Below, one piece after another: positions 53,030 to 60,273 of a stretch of 60,273 bases of DNA (the first letter of the stretch is position 1; the number at the start of each line of letters is the position of its first letter). The stretch is from the NCBI GenBank assembly GCA_964427175.1, contig CAYRTP010000002.1, forward strand, positions 12,084 through 72,356. The letters run 5' to 3'. This DNA comes from an uncultured Clostridium sp. GTDB taxonomy: Bacteria > Bacillota > Clostridia > Oscillospirales > CAG-272. The notes beneath the pieces were generated by a model that searched no databases, was not told where the DNA came from, and saw nothing but the letters and a program-made list of their open reading frames with translations. The position numbers and the translations under genes are program-made.

Positions 53030-53265
53030 TTATCGCAAAACCTTTTTCCGCTTCTTGGCCTCCGCGATGGCCCAGGGGTCATCGTATATGTAGGCGGGGC
53101 AGGCGTGATGGGGGTTATAGCAAACGGGGCGGGCGTATCGTCGCCCGGACAGCAGTAGTCCACACAGGTGTGACAGCGTTCCGCCGGTTCATAGCCGCAG
53201 TGGACGCAAAAACGGGCTCTTGTGGAGACGATTTTTTTGCATTCGGTGCATCTTTTTAGTGACAT
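53030..53265 (-). pseudogene. Small zinc-ribbon protein gene, apparently frameshifted or with an uncertain 3' end
   Basis: ATG 53265 gives MSLKRCTECKK…FCVHCG. Only a different frame (…CYNPHHACPAYIYDDPWAIAEAKKRKKVLR, stop 53030-53032) ends before the terminator. Confidence 0.35.
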
Positions 53266-53386
53266 GATGAGTTCGCATCCTTTTCAATGGCATATCTAAT
53301 GTACACATTATATCATGTATAAGTCTATTTGTCAAGAACCATTCTGATATATAATTTATACATTAGATAATGCGGGGGTGTACAGA

Positions 53387-53605
53387 ATGAAATTGCGGAT
53401 ACTTGATCTGTTGGAAGAAAAGGGTAAAACCAAGTATTGGCTGTATATTCAATTGGGGTTGAGCTACCAAAATTTCAACAAAATGGTCAATAATCAGACC
53501 AACGGAATCAAATTTGAGAATCTGCAGGCCCTGTGCGATATTTTGGAATGTACCCCAAACGATTTGTTTGAGGAGTATTGCAAGCCTGAAAAAACAGGAG
53601 AATGA
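53387..53605 (+). CDS. Small Cro/CI-type HTH protein
   Basis: MKLRILDLLEEKGKTKYWLYIQLGLSYQNFNKMVNNQT. Confidence 0.75.
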   Translation: MKLRILDLLEEKGKTKYWLYIQLGLSYQNFNKMVNNQTNGIKFENLQALCDILECTPNDLFEEYCKPEKTGE

Positions 53606-53626
53606 CATGACCATTAACCCAATTCC

Positions 53627-53698
53627 CAAAAGTTTTTGGGGGATTCCAAAGGGGGCTTTTTTCAAAAAGCCCCCTTTGGCGTTCCCCTCGCTCTCCCC
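53627..53698 (+). repeat. REP family 2, copy f (second hairpin degenerate)
   Basis: aaagtttttgggggattc + ccaaagggggcttttttcaaaaagccccctttgg. Confidence 0.8.
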
Positions 53699-53702
53699 GC
53701 TC

Positions 53703-54176
53703 CTACACCTCCCGCAACAGCCTCTCCAGCCGCTCGTAGTGCTCCTGCTCCTCCGAGATGATGGCGCGGAGCTCCGAGAGGACGGCCTCGTCCCGGGCGG
53801 CGGCGGCCAGGGATTCCAGCTCGGTGATGCCCGCGGCCTCGGATTGCAGGTCCTGGCGGAGCATCCGCCGCACCACGGGCAGGGCGCGGCAGGAGGCATC
53901 CCCCGCCAGGTCCACCCGCGGGGTGCGGAGACGGACCGCTACTCCGGGGTCGCCTCCCAGGGCGCGGATGAGCCGTCCCAGGGTGTGGAAATGGGCCATG
54001 TCCTCACGGGCCAGGTCCAGAAACAGCTCCGAGGCCTCGTTGTCCAGCCCCTCGGTGAGCAGATGCTGGTAGTTGTAGGTGACCACCTGGTTGATCTCGT
54101 CGTTGTAGGCCCGCATCATGCGGGCGGCCAGGCGGGGGTCGGGTCGGATGAAAGGGGTAGGGAAGGATTGATCCAT
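53703..54176 (-). CDS. Ferritin-like (bacterioferritin-like diiron) domain protein
   Basis: AREDMAHFHTLGRLIRALGGDP and ISEEQEHYERLERLL resemble Bfr E..H helices. Confidence 0.6.
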   Translation of the reverse strand: MDQSFPTPFIRPDPRLAARMMRAYNDEINQVVTYNYQHLLTEGLDNEASELFLDLAREDMAHFHTLGRLIRALGGDPGVAVRLRTPRVDLAGDASCRALPVVRRMLRQDLQSEAAGITELESLAAAARDEAVLSELRAIISEEQEHYERLERLLREV

Positions 54177-54412
54177 GGTATGACGCACCTCCTATGTACG
54201 TGATCTCTGTCCAGTATATGCCGTCCTCGGTCGGGAGGTCGGCGTTTTTTGATTTTTTTCACGAAAGAACAGGATTTGTATAGCGGACATATTGACATTT
54301 TGCCGAGTTTGCGGTAAAATAATAGAGAGAAAGCAGAGCCCGCCATCCTTGCGTGGGGCCACGCTTTAAACCTGCGTTTCACGAAAATTCTCACATAAAG
54401 GAGATCACAACC

Positions 54413-55378
54413 ATGTCCAATCTGATTCAAGCCATTCGAATGCAATCTCCCGAAACCATTCCCGTCGGTGTCAATATCCTCCCCGCCGCCTGGCTCAAAT
54501 ACGGCTCGGAGCTGCAGAGACTCACCGACCAGTATCCCCAGTTCTTCGGCGGACACCAGGTCGATTTGGAGCATATCCGTGACGGCCTGAGAGAAACCTA
54601 CCGCAAGGGCACCCACGTGGACGAGTGGGGCTGTGTGTGGGAAAATGAGATCGACGGTGCCGAATCCATCGTCAAGGGCCACCCCCTCAAGACCGAGGAG
54701 GACGTGCTCAACCTGAAGATCCCCGATTGCCGCGACGGCCGTTTGCCCCACGGCTTCATGTACCTGCGCCTCCTGGACCTCTGCGGATTTGAGAACGCTA
54801 TGATCTATTTTGCCGAGGAGGGCGAGGTCATTCAGACCCTCATCGACAAGGTGCTGGAGTACAATCTGTACCAGATCGCCGCCATCCTGCCCCACACGGG
54901 AGAAATGGTGGGCTTCGGTGATGATCTGGGTATGCAGAAGGGCCTGGCCATCGGTGCCGAGCGTTGGAGAAAGTACCTGGGTCCCTGCTTCCGCAAGATG
55001 TACGGCCTGATCAAGGCCTACGATCCCTCCAAGCTGGTCTATATGCACACCGACGGCTGTATCTACGAGATCATGCCCGACCTGGTGGCCTGCGGTGTGG
55101 ACATGATCAATCCCCAGTACCGTGCCAACGGCCTGGACAACCTGGTCCGTGTCTGCCGTAAGGAGCAGATCATTCCCATCAATCTGGATCTGGACCGCCA
55201 GCTGTTCCCCTTCGCCACCCGTTCCGAGCTGTTCGACCACGTGGGCGCGTGCGCGGAAGCGCTGTACCTGCCCCAGGGCGGTCTGGGCTTCAACGTAGAG
55301 CTGGACCACGGCGTACCGCTGGAGAACATGGCAGCCGTGCTGGACGCGGTAGAGAAGTATCGACATTATAAGGGCTGA
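54413..55378 (+). CDS. Uroporphyrinogen decarboxylase (URO-D) family protein
   Basis: RBS aaaggaga; overall URO-D/MtaA-like layout (…FGDDLGMQKG…HTDGC…INPQ). Confidence 0.65.
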   Translation: MSNLIQAIRMQSPETIPVGVNILPAAWLKYGSELQRLTDQYPQFFGGHQVDLEHIRDGLRETYRKGTHVDEWGCVWENEIDGAESIVKGHPLKTEEDVLNLKIPDCRDGRLPHGFMYLRLLDLCGFENAMIYFAEEGEVIQTLIDKVLEYNLYQIAAILPHTGEMVGFGDDLGMQKGLAIGAERWRKYLGPCFRKMYGLIKAYDPSKLVYMHTDGCIYEIMPDLVACGVDMINPQYRANGLDNLVRVCRKEQIIPINLDLDRQLFPFATRSELFDHVGACAEALYLPQGGLGFNVELDHGVPLENMAAVLDAVEKYRHYKG

Positions 55379-55420
55379 TGACCGAATTTCCCCCGAATCA
55401 AAATAAAGGAGAAATAAAAC

Positions 55421-56845
55421 ATGATCAAATTCGGAACAGGCGGCTGGCGTGCCGTCATTGGCTCGGACTTCATCGAGCGGAATATCTGCCTGGTCACCGA
55501 GGGCATCTGTGCCCTCATGCGTGAGGAAGGCAAGACCGACAAGCCCCTGATCGTGGGCTACGATCACCGATTCCTGTCGGACGTGGCCGCCAAGTGGATG
55601 GCCGAGGTGTTCGCCGCCTACGGCGTGACCGTGTGGTTCATGAACCGTTCGGCTCCCACCCCCTTGGTGATGCACACCGTCAAGCGGCAGAACCTCCACT
55701 ACGGCGTGGAGATCACCGCCAGCCATAATCCTTCGGACTACAACGGCATCAAGCTCATCGTGGAGGAGGGCCGCGACGCGCCCCTGGAGACCACCGCCCG
55801 CGTGGAGGCACTCATTGCCGAGATCGAGGCCAAGAATATCCCCTCCCCCCGCGTGCCCTTTGAGGAGGCCTGCAAGCAGGGGCTGGTGATCTACCGCAAG
55901 AATCCCTTCAACGAATTTATCGACGATATCCTGGACGTGCTGGACGTGCAGACCATCCGCAACCACGGTGCCCGCGTGCTGTTCGACCCCATGTACGGTT
56001 CAGGTACCTACCCCCTCATGGTCATCCTCTGTACCGCCCGCTGTACCGTGGATATGATCCACAACACCCGTGATGCCCACTTCGGCGGCCATCTGCCCGC
56101 GCCTTCGCTGGCGGGCCTGGAGGAGCTTCGCACCCGCGTGGTGGACGGCAAGTACGAGCTGGGTATCGCCTTCGACGGCGACGGCGACCGCCTGGGCATC
56201 ATCGACGGCAACGGCCGATACCTGAGCGCCAACGAGATCCTGGTCATGCTCTACTGGTATCTCCATGAGATCAAGGGCTGGAAGGGCCCCGTGGTCCGCA
56301 ACCTGGCCACCACCCATATGCTGGACGTGATGGCGGCCGACTTCGGTGAGGTCTGCTACGAGGTGCCCGTGGGCTTCAAGTACATATCCTCCAAGATCGA
56401 CGAGGTGGATGCCGTCCTGGGCGGTGAGTCCTCGGGCGGTCTGACGGTTCGCGGCCACATTCACGGTAAGGACTCCATCTACGCCGCCTCCCTGTTCGTG
56501 GAGATGATCTCGGCGGTGGGCAAGTCCCCCTCGGTCATCATGGACGAGCTGGAGAAGAAATACGGCCACTTCGAGCTGGTGGAGGACAACATTACCTTCA
56601 CCCCGGAGCAGAAGTCCACCGTCAACCGCATCATCTTTGAGGAGAAGAAGCTCCCCTTCTTCGGCAAGCCCATCGACCGCGTCAGCTACGAGGACGGCTG
56701 TAAGGTCTACTTTGCCGACAACAGCTACGTCATCTGCCGCTTCTCGGGTACCGAGCCCCTGCTCCGCATCTTCGCCGAGGCAGGCAACGCCGACACCGCC
56801 AAGGGCTACATCCAGGCCTTCCGCGACCTGCTGGCGTTGGCGTAA
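55421..56845 (+). CDS. Phosphoglucomutase/phosphomannomutase family protein
   Basis: GTGGWRA, active-site TASHNPSDYNGIK, FDGDGDR, GGESSGG. Confidence 0.88.
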   Translation: MIKFGTGGWRAVIGSDFIERNICLVTEGICALMREEGKTDKPLIVGYDHRFLSDVAAKWMAEVFAAYGVTVWFMNRSAPTPLVMHTVKRQNLHYGVEITASHNPSDYNGIKLIVEEGRDAPLETTARVEALIAEIEAKNIPSPRVPFEEACKQGLVIYRKNPFNEFIDDILDVLDVQTIRNHGARVLFDPMYGSGTYPLMVILCTARCTVDMIHNTRDAHFGGHLPAPSLAGLEELRTRVVDGKYELGIAFDGDGDRLGIIDGNGRYLSANEILVMLYWYLHEIKGWKGPVVRNLATTHMLDVMAADFGEVCYEVPVGFKYISSKIDEVDAVLGGESSGGLTVRGHIHGKDSIYAASLFVEMISAVGKSPSVIMDELEKKYGHFELVEDNITFTPEQKSTVNRIIFEEKKLPFFGKPIDRVSYEDGCKVYFADNSYVICRFSGTEPLLRIFAEAGNADTAKGYIQAFRDLLALA

Positions 56846-56895
56846 ATACCGATCAAAAATCATAAAATCATAACATACAGAAAGGAACCACCACT

Positions 56896-58041
56896 ATGAA
56901 CAAGTTCATGCTCAACGAGACCTCCTACCACGGCGCGGGCGCGATTGCCGCCATCACCGACGAGATCAAGGCCAGAGGCTTCAAGAAGGCCTTTGTCGCT
57001 ACCGACCCCGACCTGATCAAGTTCGGCGTGACCGCCAAGGTCACCGACCTGCTGGATGCCGCTGACATTCCCTACGAGGTCTTCTCGGACATCAAGCCCA
57101 ACCCCACCATTGAGAACGTCCAGAACGGCGTAGAGGCCTTCAAGGCCGCCGATGCGGATTGCATCGTGGCCATTGGCGGTGGCTCCTCCATGGATACCGC
57201 CAAGGCCATCGGCATCATCATCACCAACCCCGAGTACGCCGACGTTCGCTCCCTGGAGGGCGTGGCTCCCACCAAGAACCCCTGCGTGCCCATCATTGCC
57301 GTCCCCACCACCGCCGGCACTGCCGCCGAGGTGACCATCAATTACGTCATCACCGACGTGGAGAAGAAGCGGAAGTTCGTCTGCGTGGACGCTCATGATA
57401 TTCCCGTAGTGGCCGTGGTGGATCCCGACATGATGGCCACCATGCCCGCAGGCCTGACCGCCGCGACGGGTATGGACGCGCTGACTCACGCCATCGAGGG
57501 CTACATCACCAAGGGTGCCTGGGCTCTGTCGGATATGTTCCACATCGAGGCCATCCGCATCATCGCCGCCTCCCTGCGGGGCGCGGTGAACAACACCGCC
57601 GAGGGCCGTGAGGGCATGGCTCTGGGCCAGTACGTGGCCGGTATGGGCTTCTCCAACGTAGGCTTGGGCGTGGACCACTCCATGGCACACACCTTGTCCG
57701 CTTACTACGATATGCCCCACGGTAAGGCCTGCGCTACCCTGCTCCCCGCCGTCATGGCCTACAACGCCGAGGCTACGGGTGAGAAGTACCGCGAGATCGC
57801 CCGCGCCATGGGTGTCAAGGGTGTGGATGACATGACCCAGGACGAGTACCGCGCCGCCGCCGTGGAGGCTGTCCGTCAGCTGGCCGAGGACGTGGGCATT
57901 GTCACCTCCCTCAAGGGTGTGGCCCGCGAGGAGGATATCCATCAGATGTCTGTGGATGCCTACAACGACGCTTGCCGTCCCGGTAACCCCCGCGAGACCT
58001 CGGTGGAGGATATTGAGGCGATCTATCGGAGCTTGATGTGA
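56896..58041 (+). CDS. fucO: Lactaldehyde reductase (iron-containing alcohol dehydrogenase, FucO-like)
   Basis: Close colinear resemblance to recalled E. coli FucO: ADVRSLEG, PTTAGTAAEVTINYVITD, RKFVCVD.HDIP, DALTHAIEGYIT.GAWAL, GQYVAGMGFSNVGLG. Confidence 0.88.
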   Translation: MNKFMLNETSYHGAGAIAAITDEIKARGFKKAFVATDPDLIKFGVTAKVTDLLDAADIPYEVFSDIKPNPTIENVQNGVEAFKAADADCIVAIGGGSSMDTAKAIGIIITNPEYADVRSLEGVAPTKNPCVPIIAVPTTAGTAAEVTINYVITDVEKKRKFVCVDAHDIPVVAVVDPDMMATMPAGLTAATGMDALTHAIEGYITKGAWALSDMFHIEAIRIIAASLRGAVNNTAEGREGMALGQYVAGMGFSNVGLGVDHSMAHTLSAYYDMPHGKACATLLPAVMAYNAEATGEKYREIARAMGVKGVDDMTQDEYRAAAVEAVRQLAEDVGIVTSLKGVAREEDIHQMSVDAYNDACRPGNPRETSVEDIEAIYRSLM

Positions 58042-58060
58042 TCGGGCTCTACTTGAACAG

Positions 58061-58172
58061 GAGAGCGTGCCTCCGGCGGCTTAAGGGCCTTTTGAAAACC
58101 TCCTCACTTCGTTCGGGGCAAATTCGCCTGCGGCGAAGTTTGCGAGGCCCTTAAGAATCCCAAAAACTTAAA
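58061..58172 (-). repeat. REP family 2, copy h (inverted, enlarged first hairpin)
   Basis: The reverse complement reads aagtttttgggattc + cttaagggcc…ggcccttaag with an inner acttcg/cgaagt stem. Confidence 0.7.
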
Positions 58173-58305
58173 AAAGGATTATAGGGAGGCGAGAGAACAC
58201 CAAGTGCCATAGAGGACATCACCATGGGGCCCCTGCCCCATTGGTATATATGAACGCACGCTTGTTCTCGAATTTTAATCTTCTCATTAGAGATAATATC
58301 AATAA

Positions 58306-58344
58306 CGCAAAAAGCCGCCCAACGGATTTCGGTCCGTTGGGCGG
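58306..58344 (-). terminator. Terminator ending the minus-strand BMC/ParA operon
   Basis: ccgcccaacgga/tccgttgggcgg 12-bp stem, cttttt on the minus strand (T-run on the plus side too). Confidence 0.85.
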
Positions 58345-58361
58345 TGATTATTTTTGATTCT

Positions 58362-58745
58362 TCAGAGCAAATAATGCGGCATCTTCTGCCCCACCTGTAC
58401 GTGCTCCACCTTGGCGTTCTCCTTGTGGCCCACAACGGCCTCCACCGTCTCGGGGGCTATGTTGGCCATGACCGCGGTTTCAACCGCAGTTTCCACTGCG
58501 GTAACGGGCTCCTTGGCGGGATCGGCCACCACTTCGGCGGGCTTTTCTGCGACCGTTTCGGCTACAGCCTCGGCAGGAGCCTCGGCCTTGGGGGCGGCGG
58601 GCTTCTTCTTGGCAGGAGCTCGTTTCTTAGGGGCGGGCTTGACCTCTGCGGGGGTATCGGCCGCGGCCTCCGCTTTGGCCTCTACGGCTTCGGGAGCGGC
58701 CGCCTTGGCTACGCGATTCTGAATGCTGTCTTTACCGATGGGCAT
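58362..58745 (-). CDS. Intrinsically disordered A/E/P/K/V-rich protein, translationally coupled partner of the ParA-like ATPase (McdB/ParG-like candidate)
   Basis: RBS aaggagg, 9 nt, ATG 58745; overlaps the ParA stop by 14 nt. MPIGKDSIQNRVAK then low-complexity PAPKKRAPAKKKPAAPKAEAPAEAVAE. Confidence 0.7.
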   Translation of the reverse strand: MPIGKDSIQNRVAKAAAPEAVEAKAEAAADTPAEVKPAPKKRAPAKKKPAAPKAEAPAEAVAETVAEKPAEVVADPAKEPVTAVETAVETAVMANIAPETVEAVVGHKENAKVEHVQVGQKMPHYLL

Positions 58746-59529
58746 ATTCCATAACCTCCTTGGATAGTGTCAGATATTCCTGGGCCGCACGGCTGGTCTT
58801 CTTGTAGGCCATGACGGGCAGACTGTTTTCCTGGGACCACTCAATGGCCGAGTCGATGCGGATGTAGGTGTCGAACAAACGGACGTTGTCCAGGGACCCC
58901 AGTACGTCGATGGCCTGCTTGAACTGGTTTTTGCGCTCGTTGGCCTTGGTCACCACCACGCCGAGGATCTTCAGCTCGGGTGCCAGCCGCTGGAGCTTTT
59001 CGTAGAACTCAAAGAGGTTGGCCAAACCGAACAGGCCCCAGGGGGAGGCCTCCACGGGGATCAGCACGAAGTCCGAGGCGCACATGATGTTCATGACCCA
59101 GCAACCCAGGGTGGGGGGCGCGTCGATCAGAATGTAGTCATACTCCCCCGACTCGCGGATCTTGGACAGGCCCTGCTTGAGGACGAATTCTCTCTGCCAC
59201 ATGGTGAACAGGTCCACCTCAATGCCGCTCATGAGGATGGAGGAGGGAATGAGGTCCAGCCCCTCGTAGGCGGTGTGGCGGATGAAGGGGGTCAGTTCCT
59301 TCTGTCCCTTCATGGCGGTGTAGAGATTCTCCCCGCTCTCGTTGAAGCCCAGGGCGGTCTCCTCGTCAAAGAAGGACAGGGTGAGGTTCATCTGCATATC
59401 GCCGTCGATGAGCAATACGCGCTTGCCCTCGGTGACCATGCTGTACCCCACGTTGGCGCAGGTGGTGGACTTGCCGCTTCCGCCCTTGTTGTTGGCGAAG
59501 CAGATGATCTTGGTTTTCGTCTGACTCAT
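58732..59529 (-). CDS. ParA/MinD-family (deviant Walker A) ATPase
   Basis: IICFANNKGGSGKSTT, LLIDGDMQ, ILIDAPP; RBS agggag. Confidence 0.85.
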   Translation of the reverse strand: MSQTKTKIICFANNKGGSGKSTTCANVGYSMVTEGKRVLLIDGDMQMNLTLSFFDEETALGFNESGENLYTAMKGQKELTPFIRHTAYEGLDLIPSSILMSGIEVDLFTMWQREFVLKQGLSKIRESGEYDYILIDAPPTLGCWVMNIMCASDFVLIPVEASPWGLFGLANLFEFYEKLQRLAPELKILGVVVTKANERKNQFKQAIDVLGSLDNVRLFDTYIRIDSAIEWSQENSLPVMAYKKTSRAAQEYLTLSKEVMEYAHR

Positions 59530-59545
59530 AATAGAACTCCCTTTA

Positions 59546-59616
59546 TTAAAGTTCTTGGGGTCAAGCCCTTCTTTCAAGAAGGGCTTGCGGGGGTCAGGGG
59601 CGGAGCCCCTCGTTCT
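59546..59616 (+). repeat. REP family 2, copy b
   Basis: Nearly identical first hairpin to copy a: aaagttcttggggtc aagcccttctttcaagaagggctt gcggg ggtcaggggcggagcccc. Confidence 0.85.
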
Positions 59617-60072
59617 TCACACAGGCAATGCGTCGGGCGCGTCGCCGGGCTCGCGGAGGTAGTCAATGATGTCGGTCAGCCCCTCACCGGTGTAGGAGCT
59701 ACAGGGGAAAATGCGGGTGCAACCGCAGAGCTTCAGCCAGCGTTCGGCCTGCTCCACGTTGGCCGCGGGGCGGTCGATGCCCGAAATAATGCCAACGACC
59801 TCCCGATTGACCAGGCAGGTACAGCAGGGCGGGAACACGCAAAAGGGCTCGTCCGCGCCGATGACCAGACCGACGATGTCGGCCTCGTAGGCGTACAGAG
59901 CCAGCGCGGCTCCCAACTTGGCTACCTCGGTGTACTCACCGGGGGTGTCGATGATGGTGTTGTGGTAGTTGATGTATTGGGTCTTGCAGTAGTGGAGCTG
60001 TTCACCCCGCAACGCCTGGGTCAGCGTGGTCTTGCCCGCCGCTACACGGCCCATAAGAATCAATTTCTTCAT
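59617..60072 (-). CDS. eutP: EutP/PduV family microcompartment-associated GTPase
   Basis: MKKLILMGRVAAGKTTLTQAL…IDTPGEY; typical size. No SD; a REP copy abuts the start. Confidence 0.8.
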   Translation of the reverse strand: MKKLILMGRVAAGKTTLTQALRGEQLHYCKTQYINYHNTIIDTPGEYTEVAKLGAALALYAYEADIVGLVIGADEPFCVFPPCCTCLVNREVVGIISGIDRPAANVEQAERWLKLCGCTRIFPCSSYTGEGLTDIIDYLREPGDAPDALPV

Positions 60073-60081
60073 AAGACATTT

Positions 60082-60160
60082 TTAAAAAGTTTTGGGGATT
60101 CATAAGGGACTTTTCCTAAAAGTCCCTTATGCGGGGGACAGGGGCAGAGCCCCTCGTTTT
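60082..60160 (+). repeat. REP family 2, copy g
   Basis: aaagttttggggattc + cataagggacttttcctaaaagtcccttatg + cgggggacaggggcagagcccc. Confidence 0.85.
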
Positions 60161-60162
60161 CT

Positions 60163-60273
60163 TTACGTTCTGGTCTTCTCGCAGACCGTGAACTTGAGGG
60201 TATCGCGGAAATAATCACCGATGGCGGTGAAGGCGGAATCCACCTCGGAGACCCGACCCGTGATGATGAGGGT
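60163..60273 (-). CDS. BMC shell protein, EutS/PduU type (C-terminal 36 codons; continues beyond window)
   Basis: TLIITGRVSEVDSAFTAIGDYFRDTLKFTVCEKTRT parallels the recalled E. coli EutS tail [36 protein letters not shown]. Confidence 0.75.
   Translation of the reverse strand, partial: TLIITGRVSEVDSAFTAIGDYFRDTLKFTVCEKTRT

Noticed and set aside
52819-53265. 148-aa ORF as a real protein
   Set aside because: Beyond the N-terminal zinc ribbon it crosses a strong bidirectional terminator and overlaps rubredoxin antisense. See the finding for the frameshift interpretation.
54116-55966. 616-aa minus-strand ORF
   Set aside because: It is antisense to the URO-D-family and phosphohexomutase genes, has no motifs and has shadow-type composition.

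Overview
High-GC Firmicutes (Clostridia, probably Oscillospiraceae-like spore-former) chromosomal segment, densely coded. Housekeeping genes: proS, rodA, maf-mreB-pbp2, ruvX, aroK, pdxK, spoIVB. Glycan genes: GH92, GH3, nagA, a GH-like lipoprotein, phosphohexomutase, fucO. Also a redox-stress cluster (Rrf2, reverse rubrerythrin, rubredoxin, ferritin-like), an ABC-2 transporter and the 3' end of a bacterial microcompartment (BMC) operon (EutS/PduU-type shell, EutP). Many long ORFs in the track are antisense shadows of these genes. Main standouts: (1) two tandem TIR-domain paralogs cotranscribed with GH92 and a CapD-like gene; one has a cytoplasmic Zn-ribbon+TIR, one TM helix and an extracellular BspA-type LRR domain, so the compartment logic resembles a Toll-like receptor. 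(2) A ParA-like ATPase with a translationally coupled disordered partner at the end of the BMC operon (McdAB-like). (3) Two homologous convergent small-transcript modules with shared bidirectional terminators; one encodes a 24-codon hydrophobic/basic peptide (type I toxin-antitoxin-like). (4) Three families of structured intergenic repeats, including a DUF559 gene nested in 600-bp-period direct repeats. (5) AT-richer islets encoding secreted or membrane proteins of unknown function. All calls rest on reading the sequence and recalled family motifs. No searches were run.
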